A stretch of DNA of 64,000 nucleotides from Rhina ancylostomus (lineage: Eukaryota). Below the pieces are notes generated by a model that was not told where the DNA came from, did not search any database, and saw only the letters and a list, made by a program, of their open reading frames with translations. How positions within the stretch are numbered: the stretch's first letter is position 1; every line of letters begins with the position of its first letter. Both the position numbers and the translations under genes were made by a program. Of the stretch, positions 1-10,164 are shown in pieces. The stretch lies in contig JARFYF010000054.1 of assembly GCA_030265395.1 (NCBI GenBank), positions 11,910,935 to 11,974,934 on the forward strand, read 5' to 3'.

Positions 1-94
1 AGAAAGACTGATTCCAGTTATAGAGCCTTTGGTTAGTTTACAGTACTGCACAGAGTGTATATAGAACTTGGGGCTGTCCTGGTTTAGTTAGAAA

Positions 95-440
95 AATTAG
101 AGGAGCAGTAGACCATTCGGCCTCTGAAGCCTGCTGTGCTGTTCAATATGATCTTGGCTGCTCCTTTAATTTAGTACCATATTCCAATTGTCACAGATAC
201 TCCTTGATACCTTTTTTATCTGGAAGTCTATTAAACTCTTTAAAATGTATTCAGCGGCTTGGCCTCTATAGCCTTCTGTGGCACTTGGGACTAGGACAAG
301 GAGAAATTACACAAGTATCTTACTGAATATCCTCAGACAGTGGTCCCTAGTTCTTTACACCCTTGCTGCATCCAGCCTATTGAGACTTGTCAGAATTTTG
401 TATGTTTCAATGAGATCTGTATTTCTTCTAAACTCTAGCT
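95..440 (-). mobile_element. Degenerate CR1-clade LINE 3' fragment
   Basis: gaccattcggcctctgaagcctgctgtgctgttcaatatgatcttggctg resembles the reverse-complemented CR1 3' tail seen better preserved at 37695-38055. Boundaries approximate. Confidence 0.55.
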
Positions 441-771
441 CTGTGTCAAAGGTGCATTTACCTATTCTACCACTGTTAGCAGTGTTTGTTTTTAAAAGAT
501 ATTTTACAAAGTGCTTGGATGTAACAGTTCATTGTGACTAACATTTTCATTTATTAACATTTTTATGCATACAACTTCAGTTTTGAAAAAGTGCAATCAA
601 CTTTAAGTGTTTTGGGGGCTAAAATTTAATTTTCTTTATGATTTCACTAGACTTGCCTTTGTGGACAAACAATCTACTGTTAAGCCTCCTCCAACATTTC
701 TCATACAGCAGCCAAGATAGTTTGGAGGAAGCATTCTTGTATTATTATTTCTCATATATTTTCTTATGAAA

Positions 772-1070
772 TAGAAGAAGGTCATTTGGCCTATCAAGTC
801 TGTGTAATTGCATCAGGGCAATTGCATCAATCCCATTTCCTCTTGTATCTCTGTGATCCATTCTATCCCGCATGACCATCGGACACTGGTGTAATTTGCA
901 GGAATCAATTAACCTACCCACCAGCATGTCTTTGGAATATGGGAGGAAACCTGAACACCATGTGATCATGGCAGAAAGTGCAGACTCCACAGAGGCAACA
1001 CTGGAGGTCAGGATTGAACCAGTTGTTGGCGCTGTGGGACAGCAGTACTACCTGCTTCACCACTGTGCCT
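772..1070 (-). mobile_element. tRNA-derived HE1/V-SINE-like SINE
   Basis: tctttggaatatgggaggaaacc and ggaggtcaggattgaacc (reverse B-box) match the reverse complement of the copies at 15222 and 30770. Confidence 0.8.
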
Positions 1071-1676
1071 CCTTTCGCTCTGTCTGAAACTTTCTAGCCT
1101 ACTGCTGATGATGATTCTAATATCTGAAATTTAATGAAGCCAGACATTAAACTTGTGTCCCTGAACCTCGGCACACTTTGATGGTTGAATGTTCTGCCCC
1201 ACATATGGCAAATATTCGAAAAATCAGCACATCACCACTCCCACAGCGGCAGATGATATGATTTCCCAACTGGCTGCCTCCAGCACTTGAATGTACTGTT
1301 GACAGGAACGTATTTAATTATTGTGAAGTGCAGAGAATCAGAACAGCAGATGACTGAATTATCTTACTAAAGAAACCTCCTGTATTTCTTGGCTGCTATA
1401 TCAAAAGTAGTGTTGACAGTAATATTGCAGTTACTTGCCCAATGAACTGCTCACTCAAGGGAAAGGCAAAGCAGAAAGGAATACTAAAAATAATGAAATA
1501 CCGTTGAATCTTGATTACTTTGGTGATGAAGGGAAGAGTTGAGAGTTTGATCTTGGGCTTTCCTTAAATTATTTTCAAAAATAAAGTTCTATATAGCTGT
1601 GGACATTGCTGATGTTGGCACTAAAGGTTCCTGTTCTGTCTCTTCCTTCCTCCTACCACCCTCACTCAAATATAAG

Positions 1677-1816
1677 TGGAGACCAAAACAACATGTGACA
1701 TTTTTTCCAATATAAAGAATGATGAGGACATTAACCCTTCACTTGAAAGCAAGACCAAAAAAAGTCATGGCACAGAACCTAGTGCTGAGCAACGTGAACA
1801 CCAGCGACGAGAAAAG
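1677..1816 (+). CDS. DDX52: DDX52 coding exon, N-terminal low-conservation region ending ...EQREHQRREK
   Basis: Pyrimidine tract then taag| acceptor at 1676; donor AAG|gtttgt. Ends REK, matching RKEK before INFLR in DDX52. Phase 0 joins the next exon. The 5' boundary is less certain. Confidence 0.7.
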
Positions 1817-1929
1817 GTTTGTCTTTTGTCCATTTCTAGGAACATGCCTACTTGTTTGTTGCACAAAGAGTAATTTAAAAATACTACAGTAATGTTTGCC
1901 TTTGTTATAAAATCTTATTTGTTTTCAAG

Positions 1930-2115
1930 ATAAATAAGTTCCGGCGGAAGCATCGGATTTACGTGGATGGGACTGATATCCCTGAACCAGTTGCTACCTT
2001 TGAGCAGCTCAGACAAGAATATAAAGTCCACTCAAAAATTATTCAACATGTGCAGGAAGCTGGGTTCCAATTTCCTACTCCAATACAGATGCAAGCCATA
2101 CCCATCATGCTGCAT
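1930..2115 (+). CDS. DDX52: DDX52 exon [27 protein letters not shown]...[18 protein letters not shown] (Q motif)
   Basis: ttttcaag|ATA acceptor, CAT|gtaagt donor, 186 nt; contains the DEAD-box Q motif. Confidence 0.95.
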
Positions 2116-2224
2116 GTAAGTGTTTTGTTGGTTCACATGCAAAACATGAGCCCTGATGCATCTTTTTGCAGACCAGGCAGGTAAGAAAGTAAAGAATAGA
2201 AGTGGGAGTAGATCTTTAGATCCT

Positions 2225-2330
2225 TCATGAAAAAACGAGATACTGGAGGAAATCAGCAGGTCAGGCAGCATCCATGGAGAAAAGCAGATGGTCAATGTTT
2301 CGGGTCAGGACCCTTCTTCAGGACAGAACT
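2225..2330 (-). mobile_element. Penelope-like terminal repeat (pLTR) fragment
   Basis: ggaaatcagcaggtcaggcagcatccatggaga matches the reverse complement of the tail downstream of the GIY-YIG remnant at 39165-39230. Confidence 0.75.
2291..2324 (-). ncRNA. Minimal type-I hammerhead ribozyme motif (best-preserved copy)
   Basis: Minus strand reads GTC-CTGAAGA-A-GGGTC-CT-GACCC-GAAA-CATT-GAC: CUGANGA box, perfect stem II, GAAA box, NUH triplet AUU, stem I GTC/GAC. Confidence 0.65.
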
Positions 2331-2639
2331 TTATTCCCCAATGATAAATTCTCAGTACTTTGTTTTATTCTGAGTGACCCCAAGCTGCAGTACATTGTTT
2401 TTTATTAAATGCATCCTTTCTATTTGTATTTGTATCCTTGTTAACATTTGTCAGCTTGGTGGAAGGAGGTTATAAGTGCATAATGTAGAGGAACATAACT
2501 GTTTAAGCCCTTGAATCTCTTTCAACATTCAATAAAATAATGAATGTGACCTAGCTCCATATGCTCAGCATTGAACATCCAGTTCTTCACCATGATTCTT
2601 CACTGTCCTACCTCTTGATGCGCAATACTGCCTGCACCC

Positions 2640-3370
2640 TTTCCCCCAACAATCAAGATCTATGACAAGTCCCTAGTCGACATGAATTGCTTCCCATATT
2701 TTGGGAGTCAAAGACAGACACCAATGACTAAATCCACCGCTCTGTTCAGTGCACCAGTACAGACTTTGGTCACCTGAGGAAAAGAGTGTTGGAAGACCAA
2801 GACCTCAGATCTGGCATTAAGCTCATGATCAGTTGATCAGCAGGGAGTCCTGCCTTCCTCTACGCTTCAGAACCAGTTTACCAGAGGATCCTCAAAAGTG
2901 CTGCAGAATTACACCAATAAAGCAATGTTAGTGTCTTCTCCCAGACCAACATTACAAGCTTTAATCACGTTAAGCCAGCTCTGTTGGATAGGTCACATTC
3001 TTCACATGCTTGATATCAGCACTTTATGGCAGATCTCGGAATAATGAGCAATTTCCATAAGGAGAGAAAAAAAACCTTTTCAAGTGTGTGCTCAAAAATT
3101 CCTTAGAAAAAATGTAACATCCTCATTGGCTCATGGGAATCCATGGCCCAAGACTACTTAAACTTGTGGACTAGAATCCAGGAAAGCCACAAGCATTTTG
3201 GGTGTCCCCAGGAGCACCTGGAGGACAAGTACAGACAACGGTAAGAACCTACAGCAATCCAAACAACCCAGCCCACCCCACCATCTGTCCCACCTGTGAC
3301 AGAGTCTGCAGCTTCTGCATTGGGTTCATTAGTCACAGCCGAAAGCTAGAACTTCAGTGGAAACAACTAA
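2640..3370 (+). mobile_element. Degenerate RTE-clade LINE fragment (RT C-terminal region)
   Basis: Frame-broken remnants such as FPYFGS and FGHLRKRVLEDQDLRSGIKLM are typical of RTE RT; related to 40370-41350. Confidence 0.65.
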
Positions 3371-3761
3371 TGCTTGAATGAAGTACTGCCTTTTAAAAGA
3401 AAAAATAATAGTGTGCTATAAGGCTTCATGCCATTGGAACATATTCCCAAAAATGGGTGGACACTTGCTGATTAATTTTACTGACACATCAATAGTGTAC
3501 CTGGATGCTAGATGGAATTTCATTTGCACAAGCAGAAATTGTGTGAACGATGCAAATTTTAGGGAAGGTGCACTTTCTGGGGCACAGAATTTGAAGTTCA
3601 TTAATGCTATTGCAAGTAATTGCACACCATCTCCTATATTTTGAAGACCAATGGATAAATAAAATGAAAATAAATATTTCTCAGTAGCTAAATATCAATT
3701 GATTTAAATATTTGATGTTATATTGGTGTTATTCTGAAACTGTTTTATGTACCTGTCACAG

Positions 3762-3905
3762 AATCGTGAGATCCTGGCCTGTGCCCCAACTGGATCAGGA
3801 AAGACATTGGCATTTTGCATTCCACTCTTGACGTGTCTAAAACAGCCAATGAACAAAGGTTTCAGGGCATTGATCTTAGCTCCCACTCGAGAGCTTGCCA
3901 GTCAG
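3762..3905 (+). CDS. DDX52: DDX52 exon [18 protein letters not shown]...[13 protein letters not shown] (motifs I, Ia)
   Basis: cacag|AAT acceptor, CAG|gtaagt donor, 144 nt; Walker A APTGSGKT and PTRELA. Confidence 0.97.
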
Positions 3906-3959
3906 GTAAGTTTTGGTACTAGATAGCAATCTGACAGCAAATGTATCAGCTAACCAAAG

Positions 3960-4410
3960 TTAATTGGTACTTGTCACATGTACCAAGGTACAGTGAAAAA
4001 CTTGTCTTGCATATCATTCATACAGATCAAGTCATTACAACAGTGCATTGAGGTAGTACAAGGTAAAACATTAACAGAATGCAGAATAAAGTGTTAGTTA
4101 CAGAGAAAGTACAGTGCAGGTAGACAATAAGATGCAAAGTCATAATAAGGTGGATTGTGAGGTCAAGAGTCCATCTTATCGTACTAGGGAACAGTTTCAA
4201 TAGTCTTATAACTGCAGAATAGAAGCTGTCCTTGAGCCTGGTGGTTTGTGCTTTCAGGCTTTTGTATCTTCTGCCCAATGGGAGGGGGTAGAAGACAGAA
4301 TATCCAGGGTAGGAGGGATCTTTGATTATGTTGGCTGCTTTACTGAGGCAGCAAAGTGTAGACAGAGTCCATGGAGGGGAGGGGGGAGTTTTTGTGATAG
4401 ACTGGGCTGT
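3960..4410 (-). mobile_element. Rex-Babar-type LINE 3' fragment
   Basis: Minus ORF 4027-4473 contains KAANIIKDPSYPGYSVFYPLPLGRRYKSLKAQTTRLKDSFYSAVIRLL, the characteristic C-terminus of Rex1/Babar ORF2. Confidence 0.75.
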
Positions 4411-5464
4411 GCCCAATATAGGGTTGATAGAGCATAAGATAGTGACTCCATGCCATAAGATATTAGGCAGCATTGCAATGGCTTTCCATCAGCTTCAAGG
4501 ATGTTTAGCAAAACTACGCAATTCAACATATTAGTTTACTTCAACTTGTTTCCAATGAAAATTTGTTCTAAGAAATAAAATCTTTAAATTGCTTCCTTAA
4601 GAAAACTAACATTGTTTTTCTGCCCCCTTGCAGGCAACTCCTGGTTTACAAAAGTGACAAAGAAAGTGAAATCATTTGCTGCATTTCATGAATCGACAAC
4701 ATTTAACACACTCATCATCATCTATGTCCTGCTGTATGTATTTCCCACATGAATCTATAGTCTTTTAAGAACCTTGAAGTTTAAAAGAACCTATGACACT
4801 TTCGATAAAGAATACTTGTAGGATATTGGCAAAACAATGGTAATTCAGTAGAATTTATTGTTCCTACCATTTTAACTGAGGAGTAGCTGCCCCCAAAATA
4901 GCATGTGCCCAGATTCTTGGCAGTGTTTAGGCAAGTGTCCAACATGCCACCTACTTAAGGTTGTGGGGTCTTTTGATATTCAAATCCTATGGCTATATAT
5001 TGGGGCCCAAATTGTCACCTTAGTATAGAAATCGCAATTCTATCAAACAAAGATCCTTGTTTTGGAGGATGAGAGAGATCAGGAGTGCTCCCTCAATTTG
5101 TGCAAAAGTGGTCAAGGTGTAGTACTTTTTTCTTCTCTGCCTGCAAATCAAATCTATCATTTTGAAGTCATGGTATCCACTGCTGTAGTGTCCTTAAGGT
5201 GCACTACTCTGAGCAGCCAGTTTTCTGCCCTTTTTCCACTGAGAGCATAGCAATGAGGCACACTGCTCCACACGGCTCCTTCTACTTGGCACTGTCAAAG
5301 TAGTCACAGAATATTCCCTGGTCAGTTGTGCAATGGTCCAAAACAAATCATGTATTTCTAAATTGACAAAGCAATTTTTTTTCCCCAAGGGTATTAAAAA
5401 ATGTGTGGGACTAATGCATAAGTATGGATCATGTGAAAGAGCAATAAAAACTTCAAGCAGTCTT

Positions 5465-5645
5465 ACAGCAATACAGCATGAAAACAGGCCCTTCAGCCCA
5501 ACTCATCCATACCGACCATGGTGCCCACCAAGCTAGTTCCACTTGCTGGCATTTGGCCCATATCCCTCTAACCACCTCCTATCCATGTACTTGTTCCAAA
5601 TGTCTTAAATGTTATTATTGTACCTGCCTCAACCACTTCTGGCAG
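5465..5645 (-). mobile_element. CR1-type 3' tail fragment
   Basis: acaggcccttcagccc...gcatttggcccatatccctctaa...tacctgcctcaaccacttc is similar to 7725-7910 and to the reverse complement of 43800-44000. Confidence 0.7.
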
Positions 5646-6395
5646 CTAAAAGATGTTTTGTAACCATCATTTAAGATGTGAGATATAGGTAATTGATGAT
5701 TTACTATCATTATAGAATATATTGTGCCATGTGTTTGATGAAGAATAACACTTGCAAGTGATTTAGCTACACATTATTCCATAAATAATTTGCACATTTG
5801 CAGGAAATGGAGTTTCAATGTCAATCCTTTACTTCATTTTTCCAGAGTACTGCTGTTGCTGATTTCATCAGGGTACATTGGCTTAAGAATTGTGGCCCTT
5901 GAGGAGCAACTGATGTCCATGGGAGCCTGGCCAGAATTTCATACGCAAAGCGAGTAAGTGCAGTAATAAGCTTAAAAATGACAGGTTAGAAACTCTCTTC
6001 CTCAGTTGCTGGCACTAAACATGTAATATGGCAGCTGGTTGTACAGTAATGAATTTTGTAGTGGAATGCAACAGTGTGCTCATGTACACTAGCAAAATGT
6101 GTCTAAATGTACCTATAGGCTAAATTTGCGTGGAACATTTGAGCGGCTGAAACAGTCCAAACTACTTCTGAAAGGCATTATTACTGAATAGATGCAATAT
6201 TACCGTCTAATTTGAAAGGATTTCTACTCCTTCTATTGAACTAACAGATACTTCGGTGCAAAGTATCACTGCTTAAGGCTGAATTAAATGAAAATATTGT
6301 GTATAGGCAATTTTTATGCACACATACAAAGAAATATCCTCTTTTAGCTCCATGGAGGATTTTTCTCATTTTAAAGAAATCAGGCAGGAGGTCGG

Positions 6396-6495
6396 NNNNN
6401 NNNNNNNNNNNNNNNNNNNNNNNNNNNNNNNNNNNNNNNNNNNNNNNNNNNNNNNNNNNNNNNNNNNNNNNNNNNNNNNNNNNNNNNNNNNNNNN
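6396..6495. other. Assembly gap (100 N); others at 13235-13334, 14758-14788, 20741-20767, 25511-25610, 42487-42586, 52981-53080
   Basis: Runs of N seen directly. Confidence 1.
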
Positions 6496-6539
6496 CACTG
6501 AATTTCTCAGTATTGACACCAATGTTTCTTGAAGTGCAT

Positions 6540-6960
6540 GAACTGAAGTTTAGGAATTGGCTGCATTGTTTCCTGTACTCCCAGCAATCAGAACCATGCA
6601 AATATTTTGAAAAGTTTTCTTTCTTTAAGATATCTCCTCAAATTTTAAATTCTTATGTGTTCAAATCCCTCTTTGGTTTCAGCTCTCCCTTCTTCTAACT
6701 GCCCTCCAGCCCTAGAACTGTGTTCTTAAACTTGTTGGCTTCTTGTGCAACCCTATATCCATTCCTCTATGATTGACATTCACATGGCCCTGATCTCTAC
6801 AATACTGTCCATAAACCTTAATGCCCATTAACTTTCACTCCTGAAGCTGATTCTTAAGGCAAAATCTTTGTGCTTTTTGTCACCTGTTATTGTATCTGTT
6901 GATGTGACTCATCCTAGTTATGTCTGATGTGTTCCTGTGATATCCCCTAGGATATACTAC
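6540..6960 (+). mobile_element. Old L2-clade LINE 3' fragment
   Basis: attttaaattcttatgtgttcaaatccctc...ccctccagccctag resembles L2 ORF2 3' ends; highly diverged. Confidence 0.45.
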
Positions 6961-7116
6961 ATCATTAAAAGAGTGGTATTAGGCATCTGAATCCTAATCT
7001 TTGCATTCATGAGGAAGAAATTGATTTTCATGTACTGTGGAGAAGAAAAATGCAACCCACTTTCAAATGTTGTGACTGGTGTTTAAAACATCTGATTTTT
7101 TTTTCTCCATTTTCAG

Positions 7117-7228
7117 ACTCATCGGGAGCTAGTAAAACTCTCTGAAGGTATTGGTTTTAGAATTCACATGATCAACAAAGCAGCTGAGGCTGCCAAAAAA
7201 TTTGGTCCCAAGACTTCAAATAAATTTG
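7117..7228 (+). CDS. DDX52: DDX52 exon [37 protein letters not shown]
   Basis: ttttcag|ACT acceptor, G|gtgagt donor, 112 nt, phase 0 to 1. Confidence 0.96.
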
Positions 7229-7584
7229 GTGAGTAATGTTAACATATTTCCAACCTTAAAAGGTTAAATTGGGTGGGAAAAGATGGGTCTAACATCAGGA
7301 TTGAGCTCTAGTTGGTACCCTTGCCCTTGAAGGGTGATCAAGTATTGCAAGGGTTTTTATTGGGTACTAAATTGATTCAGTAGCATTTGTAGCTGTGGAA
7401 CTTTTCTGCATTTAAACTATTTCACACTTTTGTGATGGGGAAAGAATGGTAGTAGATGGAAACTTTATGGGCAAGAGTTTCTTGTGTAATAGACCTTGTT
7501 TCTAAATAACCAGTGATAAGTACAATGGTTCAGTTATCTGATTTTTAGAACCACGTTTATTGAAATGCTTTTCTTTGTCTTCAG

Positions 7585-7657
7585 ATATTTTAGTGACAAC
7601 TCCAAACAGACTGGTTTATCTGTTAAAACAAGACCCTCCAGCACTGGACCTCAGCAG
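7585..7657 (+). CDS. DDX52: DDX52 exon [24 protein letters not shown] (motif Ib/Ic TPNRL)
   Basis: ttcag|AT acceptor, AG|gtttga donor, 73 nt, phase 1 to 2. Confidence 0.95.
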
Positions 7658-7714
7658 GTTTGATGCTAGTTTTTTTTACACAAATTTACTCAGAAGCCGT
7701 AGTTGATGCATTGT

Positions 7715-8300
7715 AGACTTGTAGAGTTGTACAGCACAGAAAAAGGCCCTTTGGCCCTACTCATCCATACTAACCAAATGCCTGTCTGTGGTAATCCCAT
7801 TTACCTACATTTGGCCAATATCCCTCTAAACCTTTCCTATGCATGTCCCTGTCCAAATGTCTAATAGCTGTTGTAATTGTACGTGCCTCTACCTCTTCCT
7901 CTGGCAGCTCGTTCCATACACCCACCTGCTCTGTGTGGAATAACTTGCCCTTAAGATCCCTTTTTAAATCTTTCCCCTCTCACCTTAAACCAATGCCCTT
8001 TAGTTTTAGACCTGCACCCCCAACCTGGGGAAAAGGCTGTGACTATCTGCCCTACTTGTGCCCCTCATAATTTGATAACCTTCTATAATGTCACCTCTTG
8101 GCCTCCTTCATTCTAGGACACAGCTTATTCAATCTCTCCTCGTAACTCACGTCCTCCAGTCTAGGCAACATTCTGGTGATTGCATCCTTCCTAGAGTAAT
8201 ACTCCAAGTGCGATCTAACCAATGATTTATACAATTGTAACATGATGTCCCAAATCTTATAGTCTGTACCTTGGCCGATATGGTCAAGCATATTATACAC
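7715..8300 (-). mobile_element. CR1 LINE 3' fragment
   Basis: Minus ORF 8091-8300 LQLYKSLVRSHLEY...ITRMLPRLEDVSYEERLNKL is CR1 ORF2 C-terminal sequence; CR1 tail at 7720-7830. Confidence 0.85.
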
Positions 8301-9476
8301 CTTTGATGTCTCTTTAGCTTTAATACCCTAAAAAGCATAATATTCTGGTGGAATTTGTTTGTGTTTTAAAGTTGGCTAGTAAATTAAGTGCAATGAAACA
8401 TTGCATTTGAGAATGTTTGTTTATTTTTGTTTGGTGTATCAAATGCCATGACAAATTTTAAGAGAATTCCTCATTTTTTTTCCTTGGTTGTGAAGACCAA
8501 ATGAGCTAAATCATACCAGATTTAATTACTAGTCTGCTCAGATGGTAGACGTCATTTGCAATGGCAGTAGGTGTTCGACAGTCGGCCTCGGTACTACTTG
8601 GTTTAGAAGTGAAAAATCAGTTAATGTATCTACTTCTAATTGCTAGCCTTTGATGCTTGCTGGAAAGTGCTGTATTGGTAGTCATGGTAAGATGCACTGG
8701 ACTTGGCTGAGATCCCCGTAGTCAAAAATCCTCCCACTACTTTCAGACCAAACTCTCACGAGAGGCATGAATTGGTGCCTATTGTTTTTGAAACTGTATC
8801 CAGTCAGGCATTCTTTGTAAGTGAAAGGAAAGGGGAAATGGGTGAAAAATGAAGTATATGTTAAATTGAGGACTGAAATTTAGACCACTGGATCTTTCCT
8901 AAAACTTTCATTGGCATAATTTGGTATTATGACTTGTATTTTACCACAGATGAAATCAGTTCTGTATTTTGTGTACACGGTAAGGTGGAAATCTATTATC
9001 AACTTTCTGGCTATTCAGATGAATATCTTAAACAAATCTTGAGTTTTCTGTACCACAAGCATTTGACAAATTAAGAATGCATTATGATAGGGTGAATGAC
9101 TCCAATATCTTGTTGGTTTTTGTTTTGAAGCTGTCTGTTGCAAGCAAGTATTTCTGGGGAACAATTTTATGCAAAGGTTGTTGAAAAATGGGGTTACTGA
9201 ATAAAGGTGTTGATTAAAATTTAATCTTTTGCTTAGTAGATAGTGAGTTGTGTGACATGGCCTTCACACTGATTAGAATTTCAGTCTTCATGTTTATGAA
9301 ATGGTCATTTATAGTACAATAGCGGAAAACAGAATGAATTTAAATGAATATTGTATATACCAGAAAATATTTTAGGTCTTTAGCTCTGCCTGTCTCCATT
9401 TTTGCTAGAATAAAAATTATTTCCATTGTCTAGGAAAAGCATTTATCTCTATCAGTAATGCTCTTTTTTCAAGGTA

Positions 9477-9755
9477 GAGGTAACCCCTGTGTAATAGCCA
9501 GTTGGGTAATGAAAATTCACCCTTACAGAATTCACAGATGGCTACCCAATGATTTGAGAAATGGAATAAAATTTGATCTCTCAGAACTTAATGTGTAAGT
9601 AAGGTAAATTGGCACAAAATTTATTTAACTTTTCCATCTCTTGTTTCTTGATGCATGCGCATATGACGCAGCTTCATAATTATGTAAAATCACAAGGTGG
9701 ACCATTTTCTAGGAACACAGCCCCCCACACCCCTCTGTAATGCAGGGGTCGCCTG
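9477..9755. mobile_element. Putative Tigger/pogo-type MITE with TA target duplication
   Basis: Left end ta|gaggtaacccctgtgtaat; right end reverse-complemented ta|caggcgacccctgcattac. Imperfect TIRs flanked by TA. Confidence 0.5.
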
Positions 9756-9901
9756 TAATGAGAATGTTACTCAATTCTTGGCTCAGTTGGCTTTAAGTAA
9801 CGTATAGAATGTGCTGATGTCAGTTAACATTTGAATAATTTAGCAAAGTATAAACTGAAATAGTTCTGGTTTCTGAAAGTGGTCCTATTGATGAATTTCA
9901 G

Positions 9902-10105
9902 GGTGGAGTGGTTGGTTGTTGATGAATCGGATAAATTGTTTGAGGATGGCAAATCTGGATTTCGAGATCAGTTGGCCACCATCTTCCTGGCATGTACCTC
10001 TCACAACGTGCGGCGAGCTATGTTCAGTGCCACGTTTGCAATGGATGTGGAGCAGTGGTGCAAACTGAACTTGGACAATGTGGTTTCAGTGTCAATTGGT
10101 ATAAG
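9902..10105 (+). CDS. DDX52: DDX52 exon [28 protein letters not shown]...AMFSATF...VSVSIGIR (motif II DESD, motif III SAT)
   Basis: tttcag|G acceptor, AG|gtgaga donor, 204 nt. The DESD variant of the DEAD box is typical of vertebrate DDX52. Confidence 0.98.
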
Positions 10106-10164
10106 GTGAGAAAAAGGACAACCATTGGTATTTGTGCTAAGTTCACTAATTCCTAACCCAGTTT

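Noticed and set aside
1100-1140. CTGATGA...GAAA as another hammerhead or a C/D snoRNA
   Set aside because: No convincing stems, no pLTR context and no paired terminal stem or D box.
9921-9932. DESD instead of DEAD as a novelty
   Set aside because: Normal for vertebrate DDX52.
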